DNA from: Bacteroidota bacterium
GTDB taxonomy: Bacteria; Bacteroidota; Ignavibacteria; Kapaibacteriales; UBA2268
Direction of reading: 5' to 3'
Length of the DNA: 62,739 nucleotides
NCBI GenBank assembly: GCA_009777815.1
Contig: WRLB01000001.1
Coordinates: 1 to 62,739, forward strand
Shown: one piece after another, positions 61,446 through 62,739 of the stretch
Position numbering within the stretch: position 1 is the first letter of the stretch
How the letters are laid out: each line of letters starts with the position of its first letter
Made by a program: the position numbers and the translations under genes
The notes under the pieces: generated by a model
What the model saw: the letters and a program-made list of their open reading frames with translations, nothing else
Databases searched by the model: none
Told to the model about the DNA's origin: nothing

Positions 61446-61469
61446 CACGGGGATTAATCCCCGTGTTAA
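61446..61469. repeat. F2 GC-rich hairpin element
   Basis: CACGGGGATTAATCCCCGTGTTAA. Confidence 0.8.
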
Positions 61470-61495
61470 AGTAGATGTAAAATTAGTTACAGCAA

Positions 61496-62739
61496 CTAAA
61501 CAACTTTATTAACTTTATCTATTAGTTTTTTGTAGATGTCGTCTTGCGATAGTATTTCGTAGTTGCCGAGTATTATTAACTTCTTTTTTGCACGAGTGAT
61601 TGCTACATTTAATTTTCTATCTACAACTAAATCGTCTATTAGTGCTTTATTAGAAAGTATATTTAGTAAATACGAGGAATTTGTTGCTAATGATAATATT
61701 ATTATATCTCGTTCTGAACCTTGAAATCTTTCTACTGTATCAATAGTTATTTTATTTTTATCATCTTCATTTAATTTGTTTCTTATGTCGTTACATTGCA
61801 TTCGCCAAGGAGAAATAATTCCAATAGTTTTGTTATTAATTGCTATTTTTTCTTTAATTTTTGTTATTAATTTTACTATTATATTTACTTCTGTGCTATT
61901 TATTTTAGAATGTTTTTCTGCGGGCGTATTTATAAAAAAGCAATCGCTTTTGTTAAAAGGGAATGCCGAAAAGAATTCGCTATAACTATACTCCATAACT
62001 TTATTATCTTCTTTTTCTAAACACTCATCACCTAATACTAACTTATTATCATAAAACAGCGAATTAGCAAGCGACATTATTTCATTAGACATACGATATT
62101 GCTTATCTAATAAAGCAAAAGCAGGATAATTTTTTGTTTTACATATTTTCAAAAGTCGTTCAAATAAAGAACATTTTAGATTATTTAATCCTATATCTAC
62201 TAACATTTTATCATTAACTTTTAAATACTTCTCTTGCTGAATACTAATAGGTGGCAGTTGTTTTTCATCACCAATCATTATAAATCTTTTACATTTTGAT
62301 AACAAACCTATAATATTAGATTCCAGTATTTGTGCTGCTTCATCAACTATTATTGTATCAATATCTTTTATAAAAAATAGTTCTTGTTGCGAATGGGCTG
62401 TTAAAATTGTTGTAACAAATATGCGACAATTATATATTCTTTTTTCAAATTCATCAATTCCGATATTAGATAATAAATGCTCGGTGTATTGGCTATTTTC
62501 AGGACTTCCGATACGAATAAAATCAAAATCAGGCAAAACATTTTTTATTTTAATAAGATTAGAACAAATCTCTTCTACCGCCCTATTAGTATAAGCAACT
62601 AATAACACATTTTCATTAGTATTATTAAAAAGTATTTGCGTAAGATAGCGTAGGATAAAAGATGTTTTGCCTGTCCCCGGCGGACCTTGAATTAGAAAAT
62701 AATTATTACTATTTAGTGCATTTATTATAATTTGTTTTT
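61496..62739 (-). CDS. Superfamily-1 helicase, Upf1/DNA2-like (AAA_11/AAA_12), 5' end beyond the window
   Basis: The frame stays open upstream of the listed Met to the window edge and encodes Walker A IQGPPGTGKTS (about 62660-62692). Then IIVDEAAQ, MIGDEKQLPP, LDKQYRM, TVERFQGSERDIIILS, LNVAITRAKKKLIILG. Confidence 0.85.
   Translation of the reverse strand, partial: KQIIINALNSNNYFLIQGPPGTGKTSFILRYLTQILFNNTNENVLLVAYTNRAVEEICSNLIKIKNVLPDFDFIRIGSPENSQYTEHLLSNIGIDEFEKRIYNCRIFVTTILTAHSQQELFFIKDIDTIIVDEAAQILESNIIGLLSKCKRFIMIGDEKQLPPISIQQEKYLKVNDKMLVDIGLNNLKCSLFERLLKICKTKNYPAFALLDKQYRMSNEIMSLANSLFYDNKLVLGDECLEKEDNKVMEYSYSEFFSAFPFNKSDCFFINTPAEKHSKINSTEVNIIVKLITKIKEKIAINNKTIGIISPWRMQCNDIRNKLNEDDKNKITIDTVERFQGSERDIIILSLATNSSYLLNILSNKALIDDLVVDRKLNVAITRAKKKLIILGNYEILSQDDIYKKLIDKVNKVV

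Overview
Visibly AT-rich chromosomal segment. It most likely comes from an FCB-group bacterium (Bacteroidota/Ignavibacteriota-like), because several secreted proteins end in T9SS-type C-terminal sorting domains and most genes are preceded by a TAnnTTTG -7 box. The backbone is housekeeping: pheT fragment, lspA, Nudix, rel, aspS, prolyl oligopeptidase, lplA, purA, rng, tadA, fabG, rpsJ-rplC-rplD-rplW, rnhB, thiG, rpsA, ridA, nuoC, ettA, cmk, ffh. Accessory modules are interspersed: a T9SS cargo cluster (two LRR proteins, a lectin-like protein, a transglutaminase-like protein); a DUF4160/DUF2442 pair; an RHH-PIN toxin-antitoxin pair; two stacked type II R-M cassettes directly upstream of the S10 operon; a single-chain type IIG/IIL-like R-M enzyme in an operon with an ABC ATPase and thiG; an IS1-family remnant; and a partial SF1 helicase at the right edge. 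I recognised no rRNA, tRNA or CRISPR array by eye. The most unusual signals are non-coding. (1) Accessory genes are repeatedly bracketed by direct duplications of the neighbouring core sequence: 130 bp at the T9SS cluster, 47/32 bp at the aspS 3' end, 96/54 bp at the R-M island, 16 bp at the ettA 3' end. No recombinase is present in the window. (2) Nested palindromic MITE/REP-like elements (two hairpin families) are very dense, and one composite element carries the RHH-PIN pair in its loop. (3) Three unrelated tandem-repeat arrays all have a strict 20-bp (about two helical turns) phase. I consider the repeat-bracketed cassette architecture, especially the R-M island at 32.1-36.3 kb, and the 20-bp phased arrays the best candidates for something undescribed. 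All functional calls come from motif recognition only and need database confirmation.
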